NCBI RefSeq assembly: GCF_000002075.1
Contig: NW_004797355.1
Location: 1,166,602 to 1,230,601 of the forward strand
Length of the DNA stretch: 64,000 bases
Source: Aplysia californica
Taxonomy: Eukaryota
Reading direction: 5' to 3'
The notes under the pieces were generated by a model. The model saw only the letters and a program-made list of their open reading frames with translations, ran no database searches and had not been told where the DNA came from. Both the position numbers and the translations under genes were made by a program. Shown here one piece after another: positions 63,606 through 64,000 of this stretch; within the stretch, counting starts at the first letter, position 1; each line of letters begins with the position of its first letter.

Positions 63606-64000
63606 CTGAAAAGTTATCAGTTTTACAATTAGAAACCTCTCATCAGGTACTTAAAAATTTGCATCAACGGAAAATCAAATCAAAAAGAAAATATTTTAAT
63701 TTCTTGAGCCATTGGAGAGGTAAACAGAAAGGCAAACTTAAAATTTTCATCATTTCAACATGACTTCAACAGCTACTTTCAACAAAACGTATTATCCTAT
63801 AAAACTTCTTTCTAGTATCCCTCTTATCAGACTAAAGATACCAATGATTATACACCTTCACACATAATTCACCCTGTGCAGAACATCAAAAGCTTTCTCC
63901 GGTAGCTTGTCTGTTTGTATTATCCAGTACATCTAAGAGCACATTCCGAAAAACAAGGATATTGCCAAATAGGTTCAAGAATAATAAAAATCAACTTTTA

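Overview
Eukaryotic (metazoan) genomic DNA with five N-gaps. The repeat landscape suggests a gastropod mollusc (inference). Three intron-rich genes were reconstructed by hand, exon by exon, with consistent reading phases: HMGXB4 (- strand, 12 coding exons, ~682 aa), FGGY carbohydrate kinase (+ strand, 15 coding exons, ~550 aa, last intron GC-AG) and the 3' part of RANBP3 (- strand, 14 coding exons in the window, 5' end off the right edge). HMGXB4 and FGGY are head-to-head; FGGY and RANBP3 are tail-to-tail. Introns and intergenic DNA are full of non-autonomous mobile elements: a six-copy TIR family (one copy keeps a FLYWCH/MULE transposase remnant), hAT, pogo, Tc1, Harbinger and piggyBac-like MITEs, tRNA-headed Meta-domain SINEs, RTE and RNase H LINE remnants, and a solo LTR. 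No prokaryotic-type system (CRISPR etc.) is present, and I found no clearly new protein-coding system. The best observations are a minisatellite made of copies of a FGGY splice acceptor, a hairpin 3' tail shared by three retroposon bodies, motif-per-exon modularity in RANBP3, and filled/empty copies of a solo-LTR site. Family assignments come from recalled motifs; no database search was run.
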